Part shown: positions 1-9,666 of the stretch, in pieces
Layout: every line of letters begins with the position of its first letter
Position numbering within the stretch: position 1 is the first letter of the stretch
Notes under the pieces: generated by a model
The model's database searches: none
What the model saw: only the letters and a program-made list of their open reading frames with translations
Told to the model about the DNA's origin: nothing
Assembly: GCA_035655975.1 (NCBI GenBank)
Contig: DASRTK010000058.1
Span: 2,245 to 66,244, forward strand
Length of the DNA stretch: 64,000 nucleotides
Source of the DNA: Rudaea sp.
Lineage (GTDB): Bacteria; Pseudomonadota; Gammaproteobacteria; Xanthomonadales; Rhodanobacteraceae
Direction of reading: 5' to 3'
Program-made: the position numbers and the translations under genes

Positions 1-18
1 AACATCCTCGCTGCTCAT
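1..18 (-). CDS. 5' end of a gene running off the left edge (MSSEDV...)
   Basis: ATG at 18 on the minus strand with AGGAG (ctcct, 30-34) upstream; only 6 codons visible. Confidence 0.4.
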
Positions 19-102
19 GGTCAAACGGGCTCCTGCCGATTTTATGGTGTTTGCGATGGTCATGGTCTGGCGCGCCTCTGCTGGTCGTTGAACAACAGAG
101 AC

Positions 103-118
103 AGCAAGGCCCATGCCG
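103..118 (-). promoter_or_regulatory. Candidate sigma-54 -24/-12 promoter
   Basis: Minus strand reads CGGCATGGGCCTTGCT: GG-N10-GC spacing with TTGC, upstream of the edge gene. Confidence 0.4.
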
Positions 119-379
119 AGCCGGTTTGTTCAATGCAAACGCCGTTTCCTGTCAGACCGCGGCTCAAACCCCCTGCAACTTGCATGACACGCGCTGCTGG
201 GCCGTGCGCCCTAGCCGATGGTCAGGCCGGGATGTCTGCTTCTTCTACTGGAGGGGCCGCTTCTTCTAGAAGATATTCAGCGTCGGCGCAGCTATGCGAG
301 GAATCGCACACGCAATCAATTGGCGCGGCATGCTAACCTCCGCCACCTTTTTCCCGGTTTCTCTTTTCAGGGGTTCGCA

Positions 380-3300
380 ATGATCAAATTATCGACAGGA
401 TTGCCGTCGGCCTTGGGCCGTATGCTGCTCGCCGCGCTTGCGCTGCCGGGACTGGGCCTGGCGGCCGATCACGATAATGACGACGCGAGCGCGCGCCGCC
501 AGGCAGTGTACGAATGGTATACGGATGACTACAGTCATCACGGCGAACCCGGGTTCACGAATCAGAAGCCGATGTATTTTCCGGCCGAGTACCAGCGCTT
601 CCTCAACGCAGCCGCACAGAGGGAGCGCCAGCGCTACGCGCCATTGCTGCCCGGAGGTGATGCGGCGAAGTCGATGGTCAATTCGCCGCAGAGCGCCCTG
701 GCCACCGGCAACTGGATCAACATCGGTCCGAACAATGCCAACTTCGCGCAGAACGGCGGCACGCTCAACGTGACCGACAGCGGTCGCGTCAACGTCGTCA
801 TCGTCGACCCGACCGATACCGATGTGATCTATCTGGGCTTCTCGGGCGGCGGTGTGTGGAAAAGCACCGACGGCGGCAGCAACTGGGCCCCGAAGACCGA
901 GACGCTGGGATCGCTGTCGGTCGGTACGCTGGAAATGGACCCGTCGAATTCCAATACGCTCTATCTTGGCCTTGGCGATCCGTTCGACGGCACCGGCATC
1001 GGTCTGGTGAAATCGACCGACGGCGGTGACACCTGGAGCGACGTGGTCTACCTCGGCGATTCGAGCATCATTGCCGACATCGAAGTGGCGCGTTCCAATC
1101 CGCAGATCGTGCTGGCGGCCACCAATACGGGCCTGTACCGATCCACCGACGGCGGCGCCAGCTTCGCCAAGGTTGTGGTCAACCCCGCGCAAACGGTCGA
1201 TCCGTTCGTGTGGACGCTTGCCTGGGGCGGGGGCGACACGTTCGTGCTCGGGCTCGAAGCGGCTTTTGCCAACCTCGGCACGGGTACCACGACGGACGGC
1301 CAGATTTGGCGCTCCACTGATAACGGCGTGACCTGGACCAAATCCACCGGTGTGACCGATGCCAGCGGCGTCGGCCGTCTCTACATTGCTTCAGCGCCCT
1401 CGAACCGCAACGTCATGTATGCGGAAGCCGCCAACCAGAACGCCGGCCTGTCTGCCAGCGATCTCGCCAACGTGTTCAAGTCGACCGACAACGGCGTGAC
1501 ATGGACGGGCACCGCCAGATCCACCGGAACGAAATACAAGACGTACACGAACAAGAACAGCGAATCGAGCGCTATCAGCGGACTCCTCAACGGCCAGGGC
1601 TGGTACAACGAGCTCGTGCTGGTCGATCCGGTCAATCCGGACGTGGCCTATTTCGGCGGCGCCCTGCTGCTGGCCAAAACCAGCGACGGCGGCACCAGCT
1701 ACAGCCAGGTGAGCAACTGGCTTGCTCAATTCAAGCTGCCGTACGTGCACGCCGACTTCCACGGCGGCACGATCGATGCCAATGGCAAGTTGTACGTAGG
1801 CACCGACGGCGGCATCTTCCGTTCGACCAATGCCGGCGGCGCGTTCACCGATGTCCTGAACAAGGGCATCGCCTCGCACCTCGTGTATCAGGTGGGTTCC
1901 TCGACGAACAACACGAATTCGGCCATCGTCGGGCTGCAGGACAATGGCACGCGCGTGCGCGTCGGCAGCACAGCGACCTTCAACCAGATCATCGGCGGCG
2001 ACGGCTTCGGCTGCGACGTCAATCGCGCCGACGCCACCAAGATGCTCGGCAGCCTGTACTACGATCGAATCTACAAGAGCACCAACAGCGGAACGAGTTT
2101 CTCCGCCTCGTGCAGCGGCATCACCGAGTGCAACGACTCCACCAATGCACCGTTCCACACGATGCTGTCGCGCTGGGACGGCGACGCGACCGGCAATACC
2201 CTGTTCACGTTCAGCAACGCCAAGGCGTACAAGTCCACGAACTATGCGACTTCATGGACGGCGCTCGGCACCACCGGCCTGCCCGCCGTTGGCAGCATAT
2301 TCATCCGCGGCATCGGTGAAGCGAAGAGCAGCGTGAATACGGTGGGCCTCGTCGCCAACTCGGGGCGCGCCTTTCTCACCACCAACGGCGGCACCAGCTG
2401 GACCCAGATCGGCAGCACCGCTTCGATCCCGGGCAATGGCCTCAGCATGTCGTGGATCGCTTTCGATCCTACCAATGCGAGCATCATCTATCTCGCGTCG
2501 GTGGCGCCGAGCCTCACGGCGAATCACTTGTGGCGCTCGATCGATTCGGGCACGACCTGGACCCCCATCGACAGCGCCGCTTCCGGATTCCCGTTCGGCA
2601 TTCCGGTCAACGCGCTGGTCGTCGATCCGGCGACCCCGACGACGCTGTATGCGGCGACGCACCTCGGCGTGTATGCCTCTGTGGACAGCGGCAGCACGTG
2701 GACGCGTTGGGGTAGCGGCATGCCGCTCGTCAACGTGACCGACCTGTACGTGGCCAACGACGACAGCCTGATCCGCGCGGCCACCTTCGGCCGGTCGGTT
2801 TGGGAACTGTCGTCCGCTCCGACGTACACGATCGGCGGCAGCGTGACTGGCCTGACGACGTCCGGCCTGGTCATGGCGGTGACCGCGGGCAACCAGACCA
2901 AGAGCGTGGCATCGGGTGCGACGAGCTATGTATTCCCGACGGCGCAGCCTAACGGTACCGGCTATACGGTCAGCGTGCAGACGCAGCCGACCGGCCAGAC
3001 CTGCGCGGTCGACAATGCGACCGGTACGATCGCGGCCGGCAACGTGACCAATGCGAACGTGACCTGCACGACCAACACCTACACGGTTACGCCAAGCGTG
3101 AGCGGCGGCAACGGCACGATCAGCCCGGACACGCCGCAAACCGTCAACTACAACGCGACGCAGGCCTTCACGCTGACACCGGACACGGGTTACCACATCG
3201 TCACGCCCGTCGGCGGCACCTGTGGCGGCCTGCTGTCCGCCGGCACCTACACGACGAGCGCGGTGACGGCAAACTGCACGGTCATCGCGAGCTTCGCGCA

Positions 3301-3970
3301 GACTCCGGATCATCTGGCCATCTCGACCGTTGCCGACGGCACCGCCGGCATGGCACTCGGCGCGTTCACCGTGACCGTGAAAGATGCGGCGAACAATACG
3401 GTCATCGGCGATGCGAACAGCGTGACGCTGACGATTACCGCAGGTCCGGGCAGCACCTTCGATGCCGCGAGCACGAACACGGTCGCGTTCACGAACGGCG
3501 TGGCCACGTTCAACAACGTGATCATCGACAAGGCCGGCAGCGGCTACACCCTGAAAGCCACGGACAGCGGCGACACGCTGAACGTCACCAGCAACACGTT
3601 CGCAATTTCGGCCGCTGCCGCGTCCGCCCTGAAATTCACGCCCGCCCCGAACAACATCACGCAGGGCGCGACACTCGGCGACGTGACGGTCACCGAATAC
3701 GACGCGTTCGACAACGTGTCGACGGCGGACAGCACCACGCAGGTAACGCTGACAGCCGGATCGTGCGGCGGAACTCAGCTCGGCAGCGGCGCCTTGAACG
3801 CCGGCTCGATCACGTTCTCGACGAGCACGAAGTTCAAGACCGTGGCGGCGCTGGTGAGTTTGTCAGCCACAGCGACTCCTTCCACGCCGAGCAGCGCGAA
3901 CACGACGTTCAATGTCGGGGCCAATGCGGACTGGATGTTCTGGAACGATTTCGAAAGCTGCACGCCGTAA
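380..3970 (+). CDS. Large secreted BNR/Asp-box beta-propeller protein (VPS10/GH74-like) with C-terminal Thr-rich Ig-like repeats
   Basis: Signal peptide (MIKLSTG...GLGLA), many SxDGGxTW repeats, beta-sandwich-like repeats, tail DWMFWNDFE; ATG 380 is in frame with ORF 218..3970. Confidence 0.85.
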   Translation: MIKLSTGLPSALGRMLLAALALPGLGLAADHDNDDASARRQAVYEWYTDDYSHHGEPGFTNQKPMYFPAEYQRFLNAAAQRERQRYAPLLPGGDAAKSMVNSPQSALATGNWINIGPNNANFAQNGGTLNVTDSGRVNVVIVDPTDTDVIYLGFSGGGVWKSTDGGSNWAPKTETLGSLSVGTLEMDPSNSNTLYLGLGDPFDGTGIGLVKSTDGGDTWSDVVYLGDSSIIADIEVARSNPQIVLAATNTGLYRSTDGGASFAKVVVNPAQTVDPFVWTLAWGGGDTFVLGLEAAFANLGTGTTTDGQIWRSTDNGVTWTKSTGVTDASGVGRLYIASAPSNRNVMYAEAANQNAGLSASDLANVFKSTDNGVTWTGTARSTGTKYKTYTNKNSESSAISGLLNGQGWYNELVLVDPVNPDVAYFGGALLLAKTSDGGTSYSQVSNWLAQFKLPYVHADFHGGTIDANGKLYVGTDGGIFRSTNAGGAFTDVLNKGIASHLVYQVGSSTNNTNSAIVGLQDNGTRVRVGSTATFNQIIGGDGFGCDVNRADATKMLGSLYYDRIYKSTNSGTSFSASCSGITECNDSTNAPFHTMLSRWDGDATGNTLFTFSNAKAYKSTNYATSWTALGTTGLPAVGSIFIRGIGEAKSSVNTVGLVANSGRAFLTTNGGTSWTQIGSTASIPGNGLSMSWIAFDPTNASIIYLASVAPSLTANHLWRSIDSGTTWTPIDSAASGFPFGIPVNALVVDPATPTTLYAATHLGVYASVDSGSTWTRWGSGMPLVNVTDLYVANDDSLIRAATFGRSVWELSSAPTYTIGGSVTGLTTSGLVMAVTAGNQTKSVASGATSYVFPTAQPNGTGYTVSVQTQPTGQTCAVDNATGTIAAGNVTNANVTCTTNTYTVTPSVSGGNGTISPDTPQTVNYNATQAFTLTPDTGYHIVTPVGGTCGGLLSAGTYTTSAVTANCTVIASFAQTPDHLAISTVADGTAGMALGAFTVTVKDAANNTVIGDANSVTLTITAGPGSTFDAASTNTVAFTNGVATFNNVIIDKAGSGYTLKATDSGDTLNVTSNTFAISAAAASALKFTPAPNNITQGATLGDVTVTEYDAFDNVSTADSTTQVTLTAGSCGGTQLGSGALNAGSITFSTSTKFKTVAALVSLSATATPSTPSSANTTFNVGANADWMFWNDFESCTP

Positions 3971-4039
3971 GGCAGGGCAGGAGTTGCGGGACAGGTTTCG
4001 GTCGGAGTGCCTTCCTCGAGTTACGGTAACTCAGGAGCC

Positions 4040-4110
4040 GTAGGGTGGGCCTTGGCCCACCGCACTTCTTTTTTCCGCAAACAAGGACGGTGGGCCAAGG
4101 CCCACCCTAC
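4040..4110. repeat. GTAG-tagged REP doublet (family 1)
   Basis: GTAGGGTGGGCCTTGGCCCACC...GGTGGGCCAAGGCCCACCCTAC between convergent genes. Confidence 0.9.
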
Positions 4111-4116
4111 GAGTTC

Positions 4117-5220
4117 CTACGGCGCGTCGTTTGCATCAAAGCCCCCAACGCGTATGTGATCGAAATCCCTCTCGAACACATGCGTCGTCGCCGCGCTGTC
4201 GATGCCGGCGCAGAACAAGTGGTAGTCGGCCGTCGTGCAGGTCTGGAGCGCCACGCCGACGTCGGCTTCCATCTCCCAGGTGAGGCCGCCGTCGTGGCTG
4301 ATGTAGGCGCCGCCGGAATCGGGGTAGGTGGGTTCGATGGCGTAGCCGCCGATGGCCCAGCCGTCGCGCTTGTTGACGAATATGATCGAGCGTATCGGCC
4401 AGGCGACGTCGAGAGTGCGGTCGCTCCAGGTTTCGCCACCGTCCGTCGTGACGTGGACCCAGCCCTCGAATTTCGGCGGGTCTCCGGTTGGAACGCCGAT
4501 GGCGCCTCCGCCGCCGACCCAGCCATCCTTGTCGTCGACGAAGAAGGTGGCGTAGTCGGATACCGGATCGACGGAGGGCTTGCAGTTCCAGGTCGCCGCG
4601 TAGTCGAGGCTTTCGCAATACTGGGGTCCGGCCATGCGAACGTGGCCGTTCGCCAGGGCGCTGAACTGCGGACCGAACCAGGTCGGGGCGACCGTCTGTG
4701 CGTCCCAGTCTGCCAGCGCCACTCCGCCGGACGTCGTGCGGAACAGGTCCGGATCGCCGCCGCTGGTCGCCACGAAACCAAGTTGCGAGTTCCAGAAATG
4801 GACGTGGTTCGGATAGACGTAGTTGACGTGGCTCAGGGCCAGATCGTCGGTCCACGTGTCGCCGCCGTCATGGCTCCAGCGAATCATCGCGGTATAGGCG
4901 TCGGTGATGTTGATGAACCCGGTCGCGACGATATCGTTCGGCGTCAGCGCGTGAACGCCGTACCAGTAGTACGGATAAGACGTATTTAGCACCGGCGTCC
5001 ACGTCACGCCGCCGTCCGTCGTCCGCAGCACTTGCCCGTTGCCGCCGGCGGCGAAGCCGACGCGCGCCGACACGAACGACATGTCCTGGAACCCGGTCAT
5101 GGGCAGGGCGGCCGTTTCGTGCCAGGTGTTGGGGACGGGCAACCCATTGCACGCGCTGCTGAAGGCCAGAAGCAATGCCGCCGTTGCAGATGGCATTGTG
5201 ACCGGAACTCGATCGTCCAT
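4117..5220 (-). CDS. Secreted Ycf48-like BNR-repeat beta-propeller protein
   Basis: Hydrophobic N-terminus, repeated TxDGGxTW motifs, tail DHIRVGGFD; start uncertain. Confidence 0.8.
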   Translation of the reverse strand: MDDRVPVTMPSATAALLLAFSSACNGLPVPNTWHETAALPMTGFQDMSFVSARVGFAAGGNGQVLRTTDGGVTWTPVLNTSYPYYWYGVHALTPNDIVATGFINITDAYTAMIRWSHDGGDTWTDDLALSHVNYVYPNHVHFWNSQLGFVATSGGDPDLFRTTSGGVALADWDAQTVAPTWFGPQFSALANGHVRMAGPQYCESLDYAATWNCKPSVDPVSDYATFFVDDKDGWVGGGGAIGVPTGDPPKFEGWVHVTTDGGETWSDRTLDVAWPIRSIIFVNKRDGWAIGGYAIEPTYPDSGGAYISHDGGLTWEMEADVGVALQTCTTADYHLFCAGIDSAATTHVFERDFDHIRVGGFDANDAP

Positions 5221-5386
5221 GATTCGCCCCCTGAGTTGTATCGGAATTGTACTGTGATCACGCGAAAAGGGTAGGAGTGACTGCCAGAACTGGGGCGGGG
5301 GGAGTGCCCAAGTCTCAGTGGCCTTCTGCCGCAGAGTCTTTCCCTGCTCGATCGATGCGGCCAAGTCCTGTTGCTATCATCAGCGC

Positions 5387-5638
5387 ATGAGCCGAAAACA
5401 ACTCTCTGCCGGGGCACTTCATCCGATACCAGCGGATCTGCGCAAGGCGCTTCTCGAGTCGCCAAAAGCACATGCGGCCTGGGAGGACATTACCCCGCTT
5501 GCGCGGAACGAATGGATTTGCTGGGTTATCTCCGTGAAGAAGCCCGAGACGCGGAAGGCGCACGTCGAGCGCGTACGCACGCAGCTCACCGAAGGCATGC
5601 GTCGGCCTTGCTGCTGGCCCGGTTGTCCGCATCGATGA
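5387..5638 (+). CDS. YdeI/OmpD-associated family protein
   Basis: PADLRKAL...W..ITPLARNEWICW...KKPETR...R pattern, C-terminal RRPCCWPGC. Confidence 0.75.
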   Translation: MSRKQLSAGALHPIPADLRKALLESPKAHAAWEDITPLARNEWICWVISVKKPETRKAHVERVRTQLTEGMRRPCCWPGCPHR

Positions 5639-5782
5639 GTTCCGAGTTGCGGCAAGGTTCTAACCGGTCTTCTTGATTCCGGCGCCGCCCGGGCGCCTCC
5701 CTCGTGAGGAGCGTTCTGACCCTCGTTTTTGCCCGTAGCGGAGGCCGCCTCGCGTACACTACGCCGGAAGCAGGGGGCCTGC

Positions 5783-7855
5783 ATGTCGCTGATACACGAG
5801 CTCAGGCGCCGCAACGTCATTCGCGTTGCGGGCTTGTACCTGGTAGGTGCGTGGCTGGTCACGCAGGTGGCCGGCACGGTGCTGCCGATGTTCGGTGCGC
5901 CGGACTGGCTGCCGCGCACCGTCGTGATACTGCTCGCGATCGGCTTTGTTCCGGCGCTGATCTTCGCTTGGGTGTTCGAGTTGACGCCCGAGGGAATCAA
6001 GCGCGACGCAGAAGTCAAACCCGAGGAATCGATCGCCCCGCAGACCGCACGCCGCATGGACCGCATGATCATCGCGGTGTTGGCAGTCGCGCTGGCACTT
6101 TTTGGTTTCGACCGGTTTGTGCTTGCGCCGCGCCGCGACGCCGCGCTGGTGGCAGCGACGAAGGAGTCGGTGACGGCCGCGACGGAGGCGAAACCTTCTG
6201 TCGACGGCAAATCGATCGCCGTGCTGCCGTTCGAAAGCCTCTCCGACGACAAGTCGAACGCCTATTTCGCGGTCGGCATCCAGGACGAGATACTGACGCG
6301 GCTCGCCAAGATCGGAGCGTTGAAAGTCATTTCGCGCACGTCGACCGCGCACTACGCGAGCACGCCGGAGAATTTGCCCGAGATCGCGCGTCAACTCGGC
6401 GTGGCGAACATCCTCGAAGGCAGCGTGCAGAAGGCCGGCGAAGCGGTGCACATCAACGTGCAGCTGATCCGCGCCGCGACCGACGAGCATCTGTGGGCCG
6501 AGAGCTACAACCGCAAGCTCGACGATGTGTTCGCGGTGGAAGGCGAGGTCGCGCAGACGATCGCCGAAATGCTGCGCGCGAAGCTCAGCGGCGCCGAGGT
6601 TGCGCAGATTTCCGCGAAGCCGACGAGCAATGCCGCCGCCTACGACGCTTATCTGCGTGGACTGGATTTCGAGAGGCGCACGTTCGGAGCCGAGCAGCTC
6701 AAGGCCGCATCGAAATTCTTTGCCCAGGCGACGCAGCTCGATCCGGAATTTGCCGCGGCGTGGGCGCACGGCTCAGATGTAGACGGCCTGCTCTACATCC
6801 AGGCGTTCGATCACACCGATGCGCGTCTGCAGGCAGCGCGCCACGGCGCAGAGATGGCGATGCGCCTCGCGCCGGATTCGTTCGAGGCGTGGCTGGCGAA
6901 AGGCAGTTTCCTCTATCACATCCGCGATTTGGATGGCGCCAGCGCGGCGTATGCCGAGGCGGCGCAGCGGCAGCCGAACAGTCCGGACATCTATTCCGCC
7001 CAAGGTTATCTCGAGCGCCGCCGTGGCCATTACCAACTCGCCATCGAGCTGGTGCAGCGCTCGCTCGATCGCGATCCGCAGAACGTCACGAACCTGACCG
7101 GAGTCGGCGAAACGCTCGATGCCATCGGCCAGCATGTCGCGGCGCGCGCGTGGTACGACCGGGCGCTGACCGTCCGTCCGGGCGAGCCGGCCGTGCTGAT
7201 CGGCAAGGCTTCGACGTTTATGGCCGAGGGCAACCTGGATGCCGCTGGGCAATTGCTCGAGCCGTTGCCACTGCAACTCGCCGACGCAACGATACTGAAC
7301 GTGCAGGTCAGCTATCTGTTCTATCGGCGCCGTTTCGTCGAGGCCATCAAGGCGTTGACGGCGGCAATGAATGCGCCGGACTTCGAACTCGACGGCTGGA
7401 CCAGCAGCTACTATCCGGAACTCGGATGGGCGCAGCGCTGGGCCGGAGAAGAGAAATCCGCGCAGAAGACGTTCGCGGAAGGCAAGCAAAAGCTCGAAGC
7501 GCTACGCACATCGCGGAACGACAATGGCTACATCACCTCGAATCTGGCTCAGATCGAGGCGGGCCTCGGCGATGCCGACGCCGCCGAGCGCGAGGCCGAC
7601 CACGGCCTGCAACTGGGTGGTGACGATCACTACCATCGTGCCGCGATGCGCCTCAACCGCGTAGTCGCGCAGGCGCTTGCGGGCCGCAAGGATCGTGCAC
7701 TCGCTTCGCTCGACGCGGAAATGGAACAACCGATACCGGTAGCTGCCGGCGATCTGCGCTGGTCGCCGTACTGGGACAAGCTGCGCGACGATCCGCGGTT
7801 CAAAAAAGTGCTGGCCGATGCCGAAGCGGCACAGATCGCGCAGATCAAGCCATGA
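5783..7855 (+). CDS. 3-TM / TolB-like / TPR protein, array copy A
   Basis: MSLIHELRRRNV N-terminus, three hydrophobic helices, SIAVLPF..LEGSVQK..LWAESY domain, TPR repeats, C-terminal LRDDPRF. Confidence 0.9.
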   Translation: MSLIHELRRRNVIRVAGLYLVGAWLVTQVAGTVLPMFGAPDWLPRTVVILLAIGFVPALIFAWVFELTPEGIKRDAEVKPEESIAPQTARRMDRMIIAVLAVALALFGFDRFVLAPRRDAALVAATKESVTAATEAKPSVDGKSIAVLPFESLSDDKSNAYFAVGIQDEILTRLAKIGALKVISRTSTAHYASTPENLPEIARQLGVANILEGSVQKAGEAVHINVQLIRAATDEHLWAESYNRKLDDVFAVEGEVAQTIAEMLRAKLSGAEVAQISAKPTSNAAAYDAYLRGLDFERRTFGAEQLKAASKFFAQATQLDPEFAAAWAHGSDVDGLLYIQAFDHTDARLQAARHGAEMAMRLAPDSFEAWLAKGSFLYHIRDLDGASAAYAEAAQRQPNSPDIYSAQGYLERRRGHYQLAIELVQRSLDRDPQNVTNLTGVGETLDAIGQHVAARAWYDRALTVRPGEPAVLIGKASTFMAEGNLDAAGQLLEPLPLQLADATILNVQVSYLFYRRRFVEAIKALTAAMNAPDFELDGWTSSYYPELGWAQRWAGEEKSAQKTFAEGKQKLEALRTSRNDNGYITSNLAQIEAGLGDADAAEREADHGLQLGGDDHYHRAAMRLNRVVAQALAGRKDRALASLDAEMEQPIPVAAGDLRWSPYWDKLRDDPRFKKVLADAEAAQIAQIKP

Positions 7856-9666
7856 CCTTCGTCGCCGAACTCAAGCGCCGCAACGTCATTCGCATGGCCG
7901 GGTTGTACCTGGTCGGTGCGTGGCTGATCGTGCAGGTCGCCGGCACGTTGTTGCCCGTGTTCGAAGCTCCGTCGTGGGTCATGAAGACACTCGTGGGATT
8001 GCTCGCGGTCGGTTTCGTCCCGGCGCTGATGTTCTCGTGGGTATTCGAGCTGACGCCGGAAGGAATCAAGCGTGACGCCGAAGTGAAACCCGGGGAATCG
8101 ATCGCACCGCAGACCGCGCGACGCATGGATCGGATGATCATTGCAGTTCTGGCGATCGCGCTGGCATTTTTCGCGTTTGACCGGCTTGTGCTGGCGCCAC
8201 GTCGCGATGCGGCGCTGGTAGCGGAGACGAAGCAGTCGGTAGCGGCAGCTGCACAAGCAAAATCAACGGGCGACAACAAGTCGATCGCCGTGCTGCCGTT
8301 CGTGAACATGTCGTCCGACTCGGAGCAGGAATATTTCTCGGACGGCATGACCGAGGAGATCCTCAACGCCCTTGCCAAGGTGCCGGGCCTCGCCGTGACC
8401 GCGCGCACGTCGGTGTTCTCGCTCAAGGGCGCGAAGAAGGACGTGCGCGAGATCGGCACGCTGCTCGGTGTTGCCTATGTGCTCGAAGGCTCGGTGCGCC
8501 GCGCCGGCGGCGAGGTGCGCATCACGGCGCAGCTGATCCGTGCCGACAACGGTTTCCATCTCTGGTCGGAAACCTACGACCGCAAGCTCGAAAATGTCTT
8601 CGCCCTCCAAGCAGAACTGGCTGGCGCGATCGCCAAGGCGCTGGCCTTGCCGCTCGGCGTCGGCGGCGATGCGGCGCTGGTCACGCAGCGCATGGACGAC
8701 CCCGAGGCCTATGCGATGTACCTGCAGGCGCGTGCGGCCTATCGCGCGCGCGGCGATGGCGTGAAGCGCTCGATCGAGTTGTACCGCGAAGTGCTGAAGC
8801 GCGATCCCAATTACGCGCCGGCGTGGTCGGGCCTGTGCGGCAGCCTCGGCGTGCTGTCCTGGTGGGTTTCCGACGACGAGAAGGCGGATACGGCGCGCTA
8901 CCTGCGCGAAGCCGTCGAGGCCGGCGAGCGTGCCCTGGCACTGGCGCCCGATTCCGTCGACGCGCACATCATGCTGGCCAGCGTCTACGCTCACCAATGG
9001 CGCTGGGCGCTGGCCGACCAGCACTTCCAGCGCGCGCTCGCGCTGGCCCCGAACGACGCGGAACTGCTCGCGAGTCGCTCCAACTGGCTGGCGGCAACGG
9101 GCCGCCTCGATGAAGCGATAAAGTCCGCGCAGCGCGCCACGGCAATCGATCCTCTGGTGCCGGTATTCCTGAACCGGCCGGGATTCCTGCTGTACTACGC
9201 CAATCGCAACGACGAATCGATCGCAGTGCTCGAACGGGCGCATGCGTTGGCTTCGGACTTCTCGCTCGTGGCTGCGAACCTGGCGCGCGGTTATCTGCGG
9301 GCCGGACGCATCGACGATGCCGAACGCGTGCTCGATTCGATGAAGGTACCGCCGCCGGAGACAGCGGTGAATCGCGCCGCGATCCGCCTCGCGCGCGATC
9401 CTTCGCTGCGCGAAGCGATTCGCAGGGAATCGGGTGCGGAAGTGCTCGGCCTTGCCTTGGCCATTCTCGGACAGGCGGACATAGATTTGCTGTTCGCAGC
9501 CATCGAGGCGCGAATGGACCGCCACGATACCGGCACCGATCCGGTCCTCCTGCTGCGCTCCGACGCACTCGCCGGCCACCGCCGCGATCCGCGCTACATA
9601 GCGCTGCTGCGCAAGGCCGGATTCGACGCATCGGGCTTGCCGCTGCCAGACGGAGCGTCCCGATGA
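7852..9666 (+). CDS. 3-TM / TolB-like / TPR protein, array copy B
   Basis: Same architecture; ATGA overlap with copy A. Confidence 0.9.
   Translation: MTFVAELKRRNVIRMAGLYLVGAWLIVQVAGTLLPVFEAPSWVMKTLVGLLAVGFVPALMFSWVFELTPEGIKRDAEVKPGESIAPQTARRMDRMIIAVLAIALAFFAFDRLVLAPRRDAALVAETKQSVAAAAQAKSTGDNKSIAVLPFVNMSSDSEQEYFSDGMTEEILNALAKVPGLAVTARTSVFSLKGAKKDVREIGTLLGVAYVLEGSVRRAGGEVRITAQLIRADNGFHLWSETYDRKLENVFALQAELAGAIAKALALPLGVGGDAALVTQRMDDPEAYAMYLQARAAYRARGDGVKRSIELYREVLKRDPNYAPAWSGLCGSLGVLSWWVSDDEKADTARYLREAVEAGERALALAPDSVDAHIMLASVYAHQWRWALADQHFQRALALAPNDAELLASRSNWLAATGRLDEAIKSAQRATAIDPLVPVFLNRPGFLLYYANRNDESIAVLERAHALASDFSLVAANLARGYLRAGRIDDAERVLDSMKVPPPETAVNRAAIRLARDPSLREAIRRESGAEVLGLALAILGQADIDLLFAAIEARMDRHDTGTDPVLLLRSDALAGHRRDPRYIALLRKAGFDASGLPLPDGASR

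Noticed and set aside
5700-5740. GAGGAGCGTT resembling an SAH riboswitch core
   Set aside because: The downstream conserved elements are missing and the gene context is unrelated
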